Numbered from the stretch's first letter, positions 25,647-35,789 are shown. The stretch: 64,000 bases of DNA from an uncultured Alphaproteobacteria bacterium (GCA_902538155.1 CACBDX010000001.1:19301-83300), one strand, 5' to 3'. The notes: generated by a model from the letters alone, not told the origin. Made by a program: numbers and translations.

Positions 25647-26981
25647 CTACTCTGCAGTTGCATCTGCTAATATTGCATTAGCATCTTCATTTAATTGATT
25701 TAATGTTGAAATGATATCATCACCATTAATGATTGCTGCATAAGCTTTTTCAACCTCACCTCTAACTGAATAATAACCAGGAACTGATGGTTCACCCTTT
25801 CCGTATTGAACCATTGTTAATGATTTATCATATTGATGTAATTCAGCTCTTTTTTCAGCAATTAATGGATGATCTGCAGAAGAAGTTCTAACAAAACCAT
25901 ATCCACTTTCAGTTGACCAAACTGCTGAGTTCTCAGTGTTAGAAATATATTTCATCCACTGATATGCTGCTACCATTCTATTAGCATCACCTGAATTTCC
26001 CATAATTAAACCACCACCATATAAGTTAAGCACTGGTTCACTAGTGGTGTATGATAATGGAGCTACATCCCAATTACCATTGTAACCCTCTTCAATGGCT
26101 TTCTGAAAATAAGTGATACCAGAAGTAGATCCTGCAGCAAATAAAACAGAACCTTGTCCTAAGTATTGCTGGTCAGTGTATTTACCTCTTGCAACTATTG
26201 CGCATCCTTTATTAGCCATATCTTGAATGAATTTCATAGCTTCAATGGCTTTTGGGCCATTGTAAATATACTGACCATTATCATAGTCAAATACATCGCC
26301 CCCATGCGCAAATACCCATGCTGCAAAGTTACTTGCATCTGTATCTATTTCATATCCATAACTTGGAACGTCTTCACCCATCTTACCGCTATAATCTTGA
26401 TTGGTTGCAGCACATGCTGCTTCCGCAAAATCAGCAGGAGTTTTAGGAGCATCTAAACCTAGTTCCTTTAACCAATCTGCATTGTAATAAAGGATCTCTA
26501 TTGATTTTCCAACTTCATGTAATAATTTTGGATTTCCATCAAAATATGGTGAAAAGCCAACAGTCCAGTTTGCACCCCAATCTTCTATATCATCTTGAGA
26601 AACACCCCATTTTTTACTATTTGCTAAAATATTTTGATCAATTGCAGCGCCAATTAAGTACATATCTGCAGCAGCATTACCATAACCTCTTGCAACGTCT
26701 GCTATATCTTTTGTTCCTGCAGCAGACATCATTGCGGATTGAACTTTTCCATAATGCCCTTTGTGAACAACATTAACTTTGATTCCTGTTTCAGCTTCAA
26801 ATCTTTCAGCTCTTGCCATCATTGCATCTAATCTTTCATCTGAATATTGAACCCAGAATTCAACAGTTTGACCTGAAGGATCTGCATTTTCAATATCTTG
26901 TGCAGTAATTGCGAATGATTGCGAGGAGATAAAAAATAAAGAAGCTAAGAAGAAATTTAAAACATATTTATAAAATTTCAT
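25647..26981 (-). CDS. carbohydrate-type ABC transporter extracellular solute-binding protein (family 1)
   Basis: Signal peptide FLASLFFISSQSFA. The track starts at GTG 26987; ATG 26981 is preceded by GGGGTGA. GC-richer than its neighbours. Confidence 0.8.
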   Translation of the reverse strand: MKFYKYVLNFFLASLFFISSQSFAITAQDIENADPSGQTVEFWVQYSDERLDAMMARAERFEAETGIKVNVVHKGHYGKVQSAMMSAAGTKDIADVARGYGNAAADMYLIGAAIDQNILANSKKWGVSQDDIEDWGANWTVGFSPYFDGNPKLLHEVGKSIEILYYNADWLKELGLDAPKTPADFAEAACAATNQDYSGKMGEDVPSYGYEIDTDASNFAAWVFAHGGDVFDYDNGQYIYNGPKAIEAMKFIQDMANKGCAIVARGKYTDQQYLGQGSVLFAAGSTSGITYFQKAIEEGYNGNWDVAPLSYTTSEPVLNLYGGGLIMGNSGDANRMVAAYQWMKYISNTENSAVWSTESGYGFVRTSSADHPLIAEKRAELHQYDKSLTMVQYGKGEPSVPGYYSVRGEVEKAYAAIINGDDIISTLNQLNEDANAILADATAE

Positions 26982-27051
26982 AATCACCCCGTAAAAATAT
27001 TTTTTTAATATAGAGGTAAAATTAAAGTTTTGTTACAAAAAATTTACTGAT

Positions 27052-27897
27052 TTATTCTTTTAATCCAAAGTTTGATATACTTTCTATGAATAACTTCTGA
27101 GTAAAAAAGTATAATACTAAAATTGGAAAAATTGCAATTAAGCACGCAGCCATCAATAAATTAAAATTAGGTCCCACTTCTCTCACAAAACTATAGATAG
27201 AAACTGTTACAGGATACCAATCATCTCTAGTTAATATAAGTAAAGGCCAAGCAAAACTATTCCACGCTATAATAAAAGTAAATAAAGAGACTGTCACAAT
27301 AATAGGTTTACTCATTGGGATTACTACCTTGAGTAAAAAATTTAAATGAGAAGATCCATCAAGCCTTGCCGCATCCCATAATTCATTTGGTATCTTTTTA
27401 AAATATTGTCTTAATAAGAAAATTACAAATATATTTCCCATAAATGGAACTGTTAAACCTTGAAGGCTATTCATCCAAGAAGGTCCAAATGGCAATGGAA
27501 TAATTTCCCCTCTAATAATTAATAAATGAGGTAATAATGTAATGATTTCTGGGATCATTAATGAAAGTAACAACATGTAAAATATTATATTTTTAAATGG
27601 GAATTCTATTTTAGCAAAAGAGTATGCTGCTGGAATACTAGTTAATAAAACACCAATCACAATTATTGAGCTTATTATTAAACTATTAAATGTATAACGT
27701 TGGAATCTATTAGATGTCCAAACTTCATAATAATTTTCAAACATCAATTTTTTTGGAAATAGATATTGATTCGATGCTTCTCCAGCTGTCATCAATGAAG
27801 TAGAAATCATGTAAAAAAATGGGTAAATTGAAATAATAAAAACTATTAATAAAATTAAATAAGGTATCCTTGTTTCAGCATTAATAATTCTAGTCAT
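27052..27897 (-). CDS. carbohydrate ABC transporter permease (MalG/UgpE-like)
   Basis: 281 aa, 6 TM segments, EAA loop DAARLDGSSHLNFLLKVVIP. Confidence 0.85.
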   Translation of the reverse strand: MTRIINAETRIPYLILLIVFIISIYPFFYMISTSLMTAGEASNQYLFPKKLMFENYYEVWTSNRFQRYTFNSLIISSIIVIGVLLTSIPAAYSFAKIEFPFKNIIFYMLLLSLMIPEIITLLPHLLIIRGEIIPLPFGPSWMNSLQGLTVPFMGNIFVIFLLRQYFKKIPNELWDAARLDGSSHLNFLLKVVIPMSKPIIVTVSLFTFIIAWNSFAWPLLILTRDDWYPVTVSIYSFVREVGPNFNLLMAACLIAIFPILVLYFFTQKLFIESISNFGLKE

Positions 27898-29014
27898 AGC
27901 TTAACCTTTTTCTAAAAATTACATATTGCGATATTGCTAAAATATTTAGTAGTATAAATAAAATTACTCCTTCAGCTGCAGCATAACCATATTTCACTCT
28001 ACCCCAAAAATGATCAAAAATTTCTATTGTAACAACATCCATTGTATCTCCAGCAGAAGAAGTTTGCATAACAAAAATACTATTGAAAGCTTGAAAGGTA
28101 TTTATAAAACCAGTCAACATTAGAAAAAATATAATAGGCATTAATAGTGGTATGGTAATTTTCATAAATGTTTGCAATCTACTAGCTCCTTCAGCTTTCG
28201 CAGCCTCATATAAATCAGAGGGAATAATTGATAAACCCGCGAGTAAAATTATTGCATAGTAGCCAGTATAAGACCATATTCCATATAAGATTGATGACAT
28301 TAGAGCTAAACTTGGCCCAGCTAGTAGACCTTCTATTTTTATTCCAAATAAAACTTCGGTAATGGGTCTTTTATCAAATAACCACATTTGAGGCTCAAAA
28401 CCAAATACTCCTATTAGCTGATTTAAAAAAGAATTTTCAGCTTTACCAAATATTAAAAAAAATACTGCAGCACCCATTACTGCAGGAGTAATATAAGGAA
28501 ATAGTAAAATCATTTGAAAGAATTGTTTACCAGCTAGTTTTTGGTACAGAGCAAATGCTATTACTAATCCTAATCCAACCTCAAAAATTATAGTGAAAAA
28601 TGAATAATAAAAAGTATAAATAAGGGAGTAAAGATAGTCTTCATCACCTGTTAAAAGCATTTTTTCCCAGTTGATATTAATTAATATTATTCCAATAATT
28701 AATATTGCTAAAGATAAAAATGCTAAATAGATTTTACTTTTAACTTTATTTTTAAATTCACTCCACAATCCGTAACTCAATATCAACAATAATAATCCTA
28801 AAACAAATAACCAAAAAGCTGGTATGTCTCCAAGTATTCTTTGGTAATTCTCAAATCCTAAAAATCTCCCTTTAAAAACTTTCCACTTGTGTACACTCAT
28901 GTACATTCCAAAAAAAACAGGAAAAATTCCAAATAGACTGATTATTAAAACAGCAGGAAGAATTAATAGATATCCTGTAAGTTTTTCTGAATGATTTAAT
29001 AAGAATTTATTCAT
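27890..29014 (-). CDS. carbohydrate ABC transporter permease (MalF/UgpA-like, extended N-terminal half)
   Basis: EAA loop EAAKAEGASRLQTFMKITIP. The likely ATG at 29014 forms an ATGA-type overlap with the MOSC stop. Confidence 0.8.
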   Translation of the reverse strand: MNKFLLNHSEKLTGYLLILPAVLIISLFGIFPVFFGMYMSVHKWKVFKGRFLGFENYQRILGDIPAFWLFVLGLLLLILSYGLWSEFKNKVKSKIYLAFLSLAILIIGIILININWEKMLLTGDEDYLYSLIYTFYYSFFTIIFEVGLGLVIAFALYQKLAGKQFFQMILLFPYITPAVMGAAVFFLIFGKAENSFLNQLIGVFGFEPQMWLFDKRPITEVLFGIKIEGLLAGPSLALMSSILYGIWSYTGYYAIILLAGLSIIPSDLYEAAKAEGASRLQTFMKITIPLLMPIIFFLMLTGFINTFQAFNSIFVMQTSSAGDTMDVVTIEIFDHFWGRVKYGYAAAEGVILFILLNILAISQYVIFRKRLSYD

Positions 29015-29765
29015 TAATTTTAATAAGATCACCTTTATTTATTTTACCATCATTTAAAGGATCTAAATATATTCCTAAATTTATATGGTTGTATATTTTT
29101 TTTAGGTTTAAAGGAATATTAAGATTTATATCAGAAGTTTTGGGCTTAATGTTAGTTGCTGAACATCTGGGAATTTCTTTAATAACTTTAAATTTTATAT
29201 CACTGATTGATAAAACTTTACCTACCAGCTTCCTTTCTTCCCATTTATCTAAATCTTCTACATATATATTTCCTCTAAAACGCTCATGTTCAACTTGATG
29301 ATTAGATAGGTTTTCAAGGTCTTTAATACTGTTTAAATTTATTAATGATATTGATTTATTTGGCATTGTATCAAAAAAAGGATTCATATTATCTTTTAAT
29401 AAATTAATATTATTTATATTTGGTAAAATATCCTCAAGTTTACTACATAAGATTTTTACTTCATGTTGATTATCAATATCAGTTTTTAAAATTATTTTAT
29501 TTTCAAATTCTAGTATTAAAAAATTATCTTCTAATAAAAAATTATATTGATTTAATTCAGGATATTTTTTTAATGATAAAAATTTGTATATTTCTCGTTT
29601 TAAAGGATTATTTTTTATTAATTCTATATCTTTAAGATTAAGATTATTAGTGAAAGCAAATATTCGATCATTTTTTATACCAATATTTTTAATTATCTCT
29701 AAGTTATCTACATTATTGAAAGAAAGAGATTTTACAGGTGAAAAATATAGGTTTTTAATTTTCAC
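29007..29765 (-). CDS. MOSC-domain protein (YcbX/mARC-like, MOSC_N + MOSC)
   Basis: 252 aa. Contains FSPVKSL, NDRIFAF and the conserved Cys in IPRCSATNIKP. Confidence 0.7.
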   Translation of the reverse strand: MKIKNLYFSPVKSLSFNNVDNLEIIKNIGIKNDRIFAFTNNLNLKDIELIKNNPLKREIYKFLSLKKYPELNQYNFLLEDNFLILEFENKIILKTDIDNQHEVKILCSKLEDILPNINNINLLKDNMNPFFDTMPNKSISLINLNSIKDLENLSNHQVEHERFRGNIYVEDLDKWEERKLVGKVLSISDIKFKVIKEIPRCSATNIKPKTSDINLNIPLNLKKIYNHINLGIYLDPLNDGKINKGDLIKINE

Positions 29766-29777
29766 TTATATTAGCAT

Positions 29778-30476
29778 TTAAGTTTTTTTTAAAAAATACT
29801 GATCTAAAAATGAATCTAACCAATTTGATATATTTTTATTATATTTATAACGATAATAAAGTTGAACAAATATATTTTGAGCACCTTTGACGAATAATTT
29901 TTTAGGATTTTTTAATAACACTAAATACAGCCATCTCATATGAAGTTTAAAATTTACTTCTGGATGAAATTGGAGCGCATAACAATTTTGATATTTGAAA
30001 GCTTGATTATTAAAAATATCACCCCTTGCTAATAACTCGCAGCCTGTAGGAAGAGAAAATCCTTCAGAATGGAATTGAAAAAAAATTTTTTGAGAATTAA
30101 AAAGATTTTTTGCATTTTCAGTTGGTTCAATTTTATAAAAACCAATTTCTGAAAGTCCGTCTTTATTAGTTGTTATTTCTGAACCTAAACATTTAGCTAA
30201 TAACTGTGCTCCAAAACAAATTCCAAGATAAGGAATGTCAGTTTTTATAACTTTGTTTATCCATTCTAATTCTTTATTTATATATTCATCTTCATCGTTT
30301 ATGCTTCCTGGTGCACCAAATACAACTATAGCTGAGTATTGTTTAATATTTAAAGGAAGTTCTTCACCTAAAGGCGGTCTACATATTTCAGATACATATC
30401 CCCTATCTCTAAATTTATTTCCTACATCTCCTGGAACCGAAGTTTTTTGATGTAATACAAACAAAACCTTATTCAT
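29778..30476 (-). CDS. class I glutamine amidotransferase family protein
   Basis: 232 aa. Nucleophile elbow LGICFGAQLL and LQFHPE. Confidence 0.75.
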   Translation of the reverse strand: MNKVLFVLHQKTSVPGDVGNKFRDRGYVSEICRPPLGEELPLNIKQYSAIVVFGAPGSINDEDEYINKELEWINKVIKTDIPYLGICFGAQLLAKCLGSEITTNKDGLSEIGFYKIEPTENAKNLFNSQKIFFQFHSEGFSLPTGCELLARGDIFNNQAFKYQNCYALQFHPEVNFKLHMRWLYLVLLKNPKKLFVKGAQNIFVQLYYRYKYNKNISNWLDSFLDQYFLKKT

Positions 30477-30566
30477 ACTAAATTATTAATAATAAATATT
30501 TTATTAATATGAAAATATTATTTCATAAAAATTATAACTATTTTGTATATTAATCTAGATTGATAC

Positions 30567-30977
30567 TTATGTGACAAAATAATCAATATCTAAGATCTTT
30601 ATGTAAAACATAAGAGTAAAATAACCAAAATTCATCATTACAACAAAACTAATAAGCATATTGATCGATTTAGGGAGTGAATTTCCTAAAAAATCATCCC
30701 AAAAAACCTTTTCTAAATATAGAGCTAATTCAAAGTATATAAGTGTAATGATTGCAGCATTGAAGATTATTAAAGAAGTCAATCCATTAAGACTCAATAA
30801 ATAATTAATAAAAATTAATATCAAAAAAGAAAAAGAATAAATAAATAAATTTAATAAGATTTTTTTATTTTTTGAAAATTTTTTGAAAAAAATAATGTAT
30901 CTTGTGTTTAAAAATAACGAAATCAATATCGAGCTAAAAAAAGAAATAATTAATATTTTTGTTATTTGATATTCCAT
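30567..30977 (-). CDS. hypothetical integral membrane protein
   Basis: 136 aa, about 4 TM segments. No family recognised. Confidence 0.4.
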   Translation of the reverse strand: MEYQITKILIISFFSSILISLFLNTRYIIFFKKFSKNKKILLNLFIYSFSFLILIFINYLLSLNGLTSLIIFNAAIITLIYFELALYLEKVFWDDFLGNSLPKSINMLISFVVMMNFGYFTLMFYIKILDIDYFVT

Positions 30978-31026
30978 TTATATGTATTTTTTATATAACT
31001 AAAAAATATATAAGAAAAATAAGAAA

Positions 31027-31797
31027 ATGAAATTTGATAATGAAACTAGTATTATTCAACAGAAAATAGCGAATGGTTATGCTGGAGTCTCACGAAGATT
31101 AGCTATTGTAAATGCCTTAAATTTAGAGACTAATGAAACTGTTATTGATATTGGATGTGGTGGTGGTCATTTAGTCGAAGAAATTTCATTATCTGTTGGA
31201 GAGCAAGGCAAAGTAATAGGAATTGATCCAAGTCAAGATCAATTAGATGTTGCAAGCAATAAATGTAAAGATCAAAATAATGTGGAACTTATTTGTACGA
31301 CTGCTGATGATATCAATATAGATGATGCATCATGTGATAAAATTACAGCTACACAAACATTAGAATATATCGAAGATATAGATACATCCTTAAAAGAAAT
31401 AAAAAGAATTTCTAAAACTAATTCTAAATTTGTTAATGTCTCAATTCTTTGGGACTATTTTAGATTTTATGGACCTGAAAAAGAAATTAATGATCTCATT
31501 CATGAAGCATTTAGAGCGCATTGTTTTCACCAAATGCTTCCACTTGATTTAAATGGTAAATTAAAAAAACTTGGATATAAAAATATAAGTTCTCAAAATT
31601 TATCTTATTTAATTACAAATAGAGATAATAATTCACCAGCAATTTTTTATGAAACTATGTTAAGTAAATTTGCTTTAAGCCAAGGTATTTCAGAAGACAA
31701 AGTAGATGATTGGAAAAAACAATTAAATAAATCTGAAAAAGTAGGTAATTTCGGATTTACAAGTTTTCCAGTTTTAACCGCGGCATACTTAGGTTAA
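31027..31797 (+). CDS. class I SAM-dependent methyltransferase
   Basis: 256 aa. Motif I VIDIGCGGGH. Confidence 0.75.
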   Translation: MKFDNETSIIQQKIANGYAGVSRRLAIVNALNLETNETVIDIGCGGGHLVEEISLSVGEQGKVIGIDPSQDQLDVASNKCKDQNNVELICTTADDINIDDASCDKITATQTLEYIEDIDTSLKEIKRISKTNSKFVNVSILWDYFRFYGPEKEINDLIHEAFRAHCFHQMLPLDLNGKLKKLGYKNISSQNLSYLITNRDNNSPAIFYETMLSKFALSQGISEDKVDDWKKQLNKSEKVGNFGFTSFPVLTAAYLG

Positions 31798-31805
31798 TTT
31801 AAAAA

Positions 31806-32261
31806 ATGAAATTAAAAGTTTATTTATCTGGTGAAATTCATACTAATTGGCGAGATGAGATTATAGATAAATGTAAATCAAAAAATTTAGAAATAGAATT
31901 TTCAAGCCCGACTACCGATCATGAATTATCAGATGATGTTGGTGTAAAAATACTTGGTGATGAAGAAAAAAAATTTTGGCACGATAACAAAGGAGCCAAA
32001 ATAAATGCTATACGAACTAGAAATTCGATTGAAAAATCAGATATAGTTATAGTGCGTTTTGGTGAGAAATATAAACAATGGAATGCTGCTTTTGATGCAG
32101 GATATGCGTCAGCCTTGAATAAATCTCTTATAATCATGCATAGTGATGAACATCAACATGCTTTAAAAGAAGTAGATGCAGCTGCACTTGCTGTTACAAA
32201 AAACGTTGATGAGATTGTAAATATTTTACAGTATTCTGTTGAAGGATCATTAGAGTTTTAG
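31806..32261 (+). CDS. YtoQ family protein (nucleoside 2-deoxyribosyltransferase-like fold)
   Basis: 151 aa. The N-terminus KVYLSGEIHTNWRDEI is typical of YtoQ. Confidence 0.6.
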   Translation: MKLKVYLSGEIHTNWRDEIIDKCKSKNLEIEFSSPTTDHELSDDVGVKILGDEEKKFWHDNKGAKINAIRTRNSIEKSDIVIVRFGEKYKQWNAAFDAGYASALNKSLIIMHSDEHQHALKEVDAAALAVTKNVDEIVNILQYSVEGSLEF

Positions 32262-33872
32262 TTATTTACCAAAAATTCCTAATTTAACGCCGTAGTCAAC
32301 AGCTATTCCATAATCAGGATCATCATCACTATCAACTATCAATTGACCTGTTTTTCTTAAAAGGCTGTGGCAGTCCTTCGTAAGATGTCTTAACTTTACT
32401 TGTTTGCCTAATTTGGAATATCTTTCTGCAATATCCTCAATTGCTTTTAAAGCAGATTGATCAATAACTTTTGAATTTGCAAAATCTATTATTACTAAAT
32501 TAGGATCTTCGGAAGGCTTAAAAATTTCTAAAAAACTATTAGTGGAACTAAAAAAAAGAGGTCCTTCAATTTCATATACCTTAGCACCCTTTTCTGTTCT
32601 TGATTGTCTCTCAATTGCTCTAATTCTTGAAGCAGATTTCCAAGCAAATACTAATGCATTAATAATAACTCCAGCAACTACAGCAACAGCTAAATCTTCT
32701 AATACAGTTATTAAAGTAACTAAAACAATTACCAATGCATCCGAACGAGGAACAACAAATAATAATTTTAGTGAATTCCAAGCAAATGTTCCAATTACGA
32801 CCATAAACATAACCCCTACTAATGATGCAATAGGAATAAGTTCAATTAAATTTGAAGTATAAAGAATAAAAATTAGTAAAAAAATTGCTGCTGATATGCC
32901 AGCAATTCTTGTTCTGCCTCCTGATTTTACATTTATCATCGATTGTCCAATCATAGCACAGCCACCCATACCACCAAAAAAGCCTGTGATACCGTTAGCA
33001 ACACCTTGCGCTAAACATTCTTGTCTTGTCCCACCCTTTTTGTTTGTTATTTCTCCTACTAGATTAAGAGTTAAGAGACTTTCAATTAATCCAATAGCTG
33101 CCAAAATAATTGCATAAGGAAAAATAATGAAAAAAGTATCTAAATTAAGTGGAACTGTTGGAATAGAAAAATTTGGAAGCCCTCCTGCTACACTTGCTAA
33201 ATCCCCTACTCTTGGAACGGGTAAATCTAAAAGTAAAACTAGAAAAGTAACTAGAAGAATTGCAGCTAATGTAGATGGAATGAATTTAGTAACCCTTGGT
33301 AAGTACCATATGATTAACATGGTTAAGAAAACTAATACTAAAGAATATGTAAGCACTTCTCCTGACATCCATGTAAATGTTCCATCAAAGTTATATATTT
33401 GAAATTGATGTAATTGGGATAAACCAATTACTATAGCTAAACCGTTTACAAAACCTAGCATTACAGGTTGAGGAACCATGCGCATAAATTTTCCTAATTT
33501 AAAAATACCTGCGAGAAATTGTAAAATTCCCATAAGGATTACAGTGGCAAATAAGTATTGGACTCCATGTTCCGATACTAATGACACCATAACCACAGCC
33601 AATGCTCCTGTTGCTCCAGAAATCATTCCAGGTCTTCCACCAAAAATTGCAGTTACTAATCCTACAATAAAAGCAGCATATAATCCTGAAAGTGGAGTTA
33701 CACCTGCTACAAATGCGAAAGCAATTGCTTCTGGTACAAGTGCTATTGCAACAGTTAATCCAGATAGAATTTCAATTTTAAAAAGTGAAAAGGAAGCTTT
33801 TCCCTTTGGAATATATTCGTCCTTATTTAATCCAAGAGAATTTGCAAATTGATTAACTGTTGATTTTATCAT
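32262..33872 (-). CDS. SulP-family anion (sulfate/bicarbonate) permease with C-terminal STAS domain
   Basis: 536 aa, polytopic, with a STAS-like tail VYEIEGPLFFSS..IIDFANSKVIDQSAL. Confidence 0.85.
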   Translation of the reverse strand: MIKSTVNQFANSLGLNKDEYIPKGKASFSLFKIEILSGLTVAIALVPEAIAFAFVAGVTPLSGLYAAFIVGLVTAIFGGRPGMISGATGALAVVMVSLVSEHGVQYLFATVILMGILQFLAGIFKLGKFMRMVPQPVMLGFVNGLAIVIGLSQLHQFQIYNFDGTFTWMSGEVLTYSLVLVFLTMLIIWYLPRVTKFIPSTLAAILLVTFLVLLLDLPVPRVGDLASVAGGLPNFSIPTVPLNLDTFFIIFPYAIILAAIGLIESLLTLNLVGEITNKKGGTRQECLAQGVANGITGFFGGMGGCAMIGQSMINVKSGGRTRIAGISAAIFLLIFILYTSNLIELIPIASLVGVMFMVVIGTFAWNSLKLLFVVPRSDALVIVLVTLITVLEDLAVAVVAGVIINALVFAWKSASRIRAIERQSRTEKGAKVYEIEGPLFFSSTNSFLEIFKPSEDPNLVIIDFANSKVIDQSALKAIEDIAERYSKLGKQVKLRHLTKDCHSLLRKTGQLIVDSDDDPDYGIAVDYGVKLGIFGK

Positions 33873-33922
33873 TAAGATCTATGTTAATTAAATAGGTAAA
33901 TTAATTTATAAGTAAACAAAAT

Positions 33923-35080
33923 CTACCAAACAGATTTATATATATTATAGGCATCAGATTCTTCAATTTTCCGAGGATTATTAACTAATAATCTGGTTTG
34001 TTTCATTGCTTCACTAGCCATCAACTTACAAGCTTCTTCAGGAATTTCTAAATCTCTAAGCCTATAAGGTAAATTAAGTTCCTTACACAATCTTTCTAAA
34101 CCATCTATAAAATTGTTACACAAAAACTCATCATTTTTACTATTATCTAAATTTTTAAATACGTATGGTGCAAGATGAGCATAATTTTTTTTTGTTTCTT
34201 CATTTTTGGAGTTGAATTTCATAACACTTGTAAGAACTAAAGAATTTGATAACCCATGAGAAATATTAAATAAACCTCCGATAGGATATGCTAATGCATG
34301 AACTGCTGCTACTGGAGAATTTGCAAAAGCTTTACCTGCTAGCATTGATCCAAGTAGCATATTTGATCTTGCATTTATATTATGTCCATCAAATACAGCA
34401 GTTTTAATTGATGAGCCAAGAAGCTTGAGTGCTTCTATAGATAACATTTTTGATACAGGATTATTGTTTGAATTTATAGATGTAAAAGCTTCAATTGCAT
34501 GAACCATTGCATCTATTCCGGTTGATGCAGTTATATTAGCGGGTAAATTAGTTGTTAACAATGGATCTAAAATTGCAAGATCAGGTAATATAAATTTAGA
34601 AGAAACTCCTTTTTTTTCTTTATCATCCATCGTAATTATTGAAATTGGTGTAACTTCTGATCCAGTTCCTGCTGTTGTAGGAATGAGTACAAGTGGTAAC
34701 CTTGGGCCTTTTGCATTATTAACACCCCATATTGTTTCGATTTGCTGATTTGATCCAAGAAGTAAAGATACAAGCTTTGCAACATCCATAGATGAACCCC
34801 CACCAAAACCTAACACTCCAGTAGATTCAAATTCTCTTGCATCACTAAATGCATTTAATAATGTTTTTTTTGATGGATCAGACTCAACATCATTAAATAT
34901 TTTAATATTACAATTTTTTTTAAGTTTTTTAATTGTTGGTTCAATCAAGCCTAATTCAGTAAGACCTCTATCAGATACTACAAATATATTTTTACCCAAT
35001 GTATCAATAATCTGGCTACAAGAATTAAGAGAAGTTTCATTACCAAAAATTAATCCTGCAGTAGAGTAAAAATTAAACAT
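33923..35080 (-). CDS. iron-containing (group III) alcohol dehydrogenase
   Basis: 385 aa. Contains GFGGGSSMDVAK, PTTAGTGSE and DAMVHAIEA. Confidence 0.85.
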   Translation of the reverse strand: MFNFYSTAGLIFGNETSLNSCSQIIDTLGKNIFVVSDRGLTELGLIEPTIKKLKKNCNIKIFNDVESDPSKKTLLNAFSDAREFESTGVLGFGGGSSMDVAKLVSLLLGSNQQIETIWGVNNAKGPRLPLVLIPTTAGTGSEVTPISIITMDDKEKKGVSSKFILPDLAILDPLLTTNLPANITASTGIDAMVHAIEAFTSINSNNNPVSKMLSIEALKLLGSSIKTAVFDGHNINARSNMLLGSMLAGKAFANSPVAAVHALAYPIGGLFNISHGLSNSLVLTSVMKFNSKNEETKKNYAHLAPYVFKNLDNSKNDEFLCNNFIDGLERLCKELNLPYRLRDLEIPEEACKLMASEAMKQTRLLVNNPRKIEESDAYNIYKSVW

Positions 35081-35096
35081 TAAAAATCAAAATAAA

Positions 35097-35789
35097 TTAA
35101 TACTTTTTATTTGGGTTTAAACCTGTAGGAATTTTTTTTCCATCAATAAGAAAATGAGGTGACTTACCTAGTTCTACCAACTCTGGTCTACCATCTAAAT
35201 AATTTTTAACATTATTAAGTTTTTCAAAATTATTAATAAATTTTTTTAAATTTGGAAAATTTGAGAAAATATTTTTATCTAATATTAAGCACATTGAAAA
35301 ATGATGATAAGCATTAAAATCACAGTAAAATGGATCATTGCCTATAAAAAAATTACCTGAACTATTTTGTAAAAGTTTTTCAAAATTATTTAAAGAATTT
35401 GGCAAAATATCTTCTAAAAGTTTCTTTTTATTAGAATTATATTTTTCACCAAAAGTCATATTTATAGTTGGGTTCAAAGGAGAAAACATTTCATGAGTTG
35501 ATTCAAAAACAGCATCACAGTACGCTAATTGAAATTCATCGGAAGGTTTTGTTTTTGTTAAATTAGAGAGATATCGAATAATTGTATTGCTTTGCCAAAG
35601 ATATTTATCTTCATTTATTATTAAAATAGGTAATCTATTAAAAATAATATCCTTTTTAACTTCTGCCCAACTACTTCCATAATGATCCCATACCATTTTG
35701 TATTCATACGGGATATCTGCGTAATGTAGCATCATCTGGGGAGCTTCACAAAGAGCCCTCATATTGCCATATATTAGTTTCAAATCCAT
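35097..35789 (-). CDS. glutathione S-transferase family protein
   Basis: 230 aa. The N-terminal thioredoxin-like domain has LPILIINEDKYLWQSNTIIRYL. Confidence 0.7.
   Translation of the reverse strand: MDLKLIYGNMRALCEAPQMMLHYADIPYEYKMVWDHYGSSWAEVKKDIIFNRLPILIINEDKYLWQSNTIIRYLSNLTKTKPSDEFQLAYCDAVFESTHEMFSPLNPTINMTFGEKYNSNKKKLLEDILPNSLNNFEKLLQNSSGNFFIGNDPFYCDFNAYHHFSMCLILDKNIFSNFPNLKKFINNFEKLNNVKNYLDGRPELVELGKSPHFLIDGKKIPTGLNPNKKY

Noticed and set aside
26166-26776. Three plus-strand ORFs (96, 64 and 91 aa) inside the carbohydrate SBP gene
   Set aside because: They are antisense shadows of a clearly conserved SBP gene and lack start or RBS context.
32542-33852. Four plus-strand ORFs (106, 73, 91 and 124 aa) stacked across one region
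   Set aside because: All four are antisense to the well-supported SulP permease gene. Their Pro/Thr/Ala-rich translations are the typical mirror of hydrophobic membrane-protein codons. They do not form a second gene layer.
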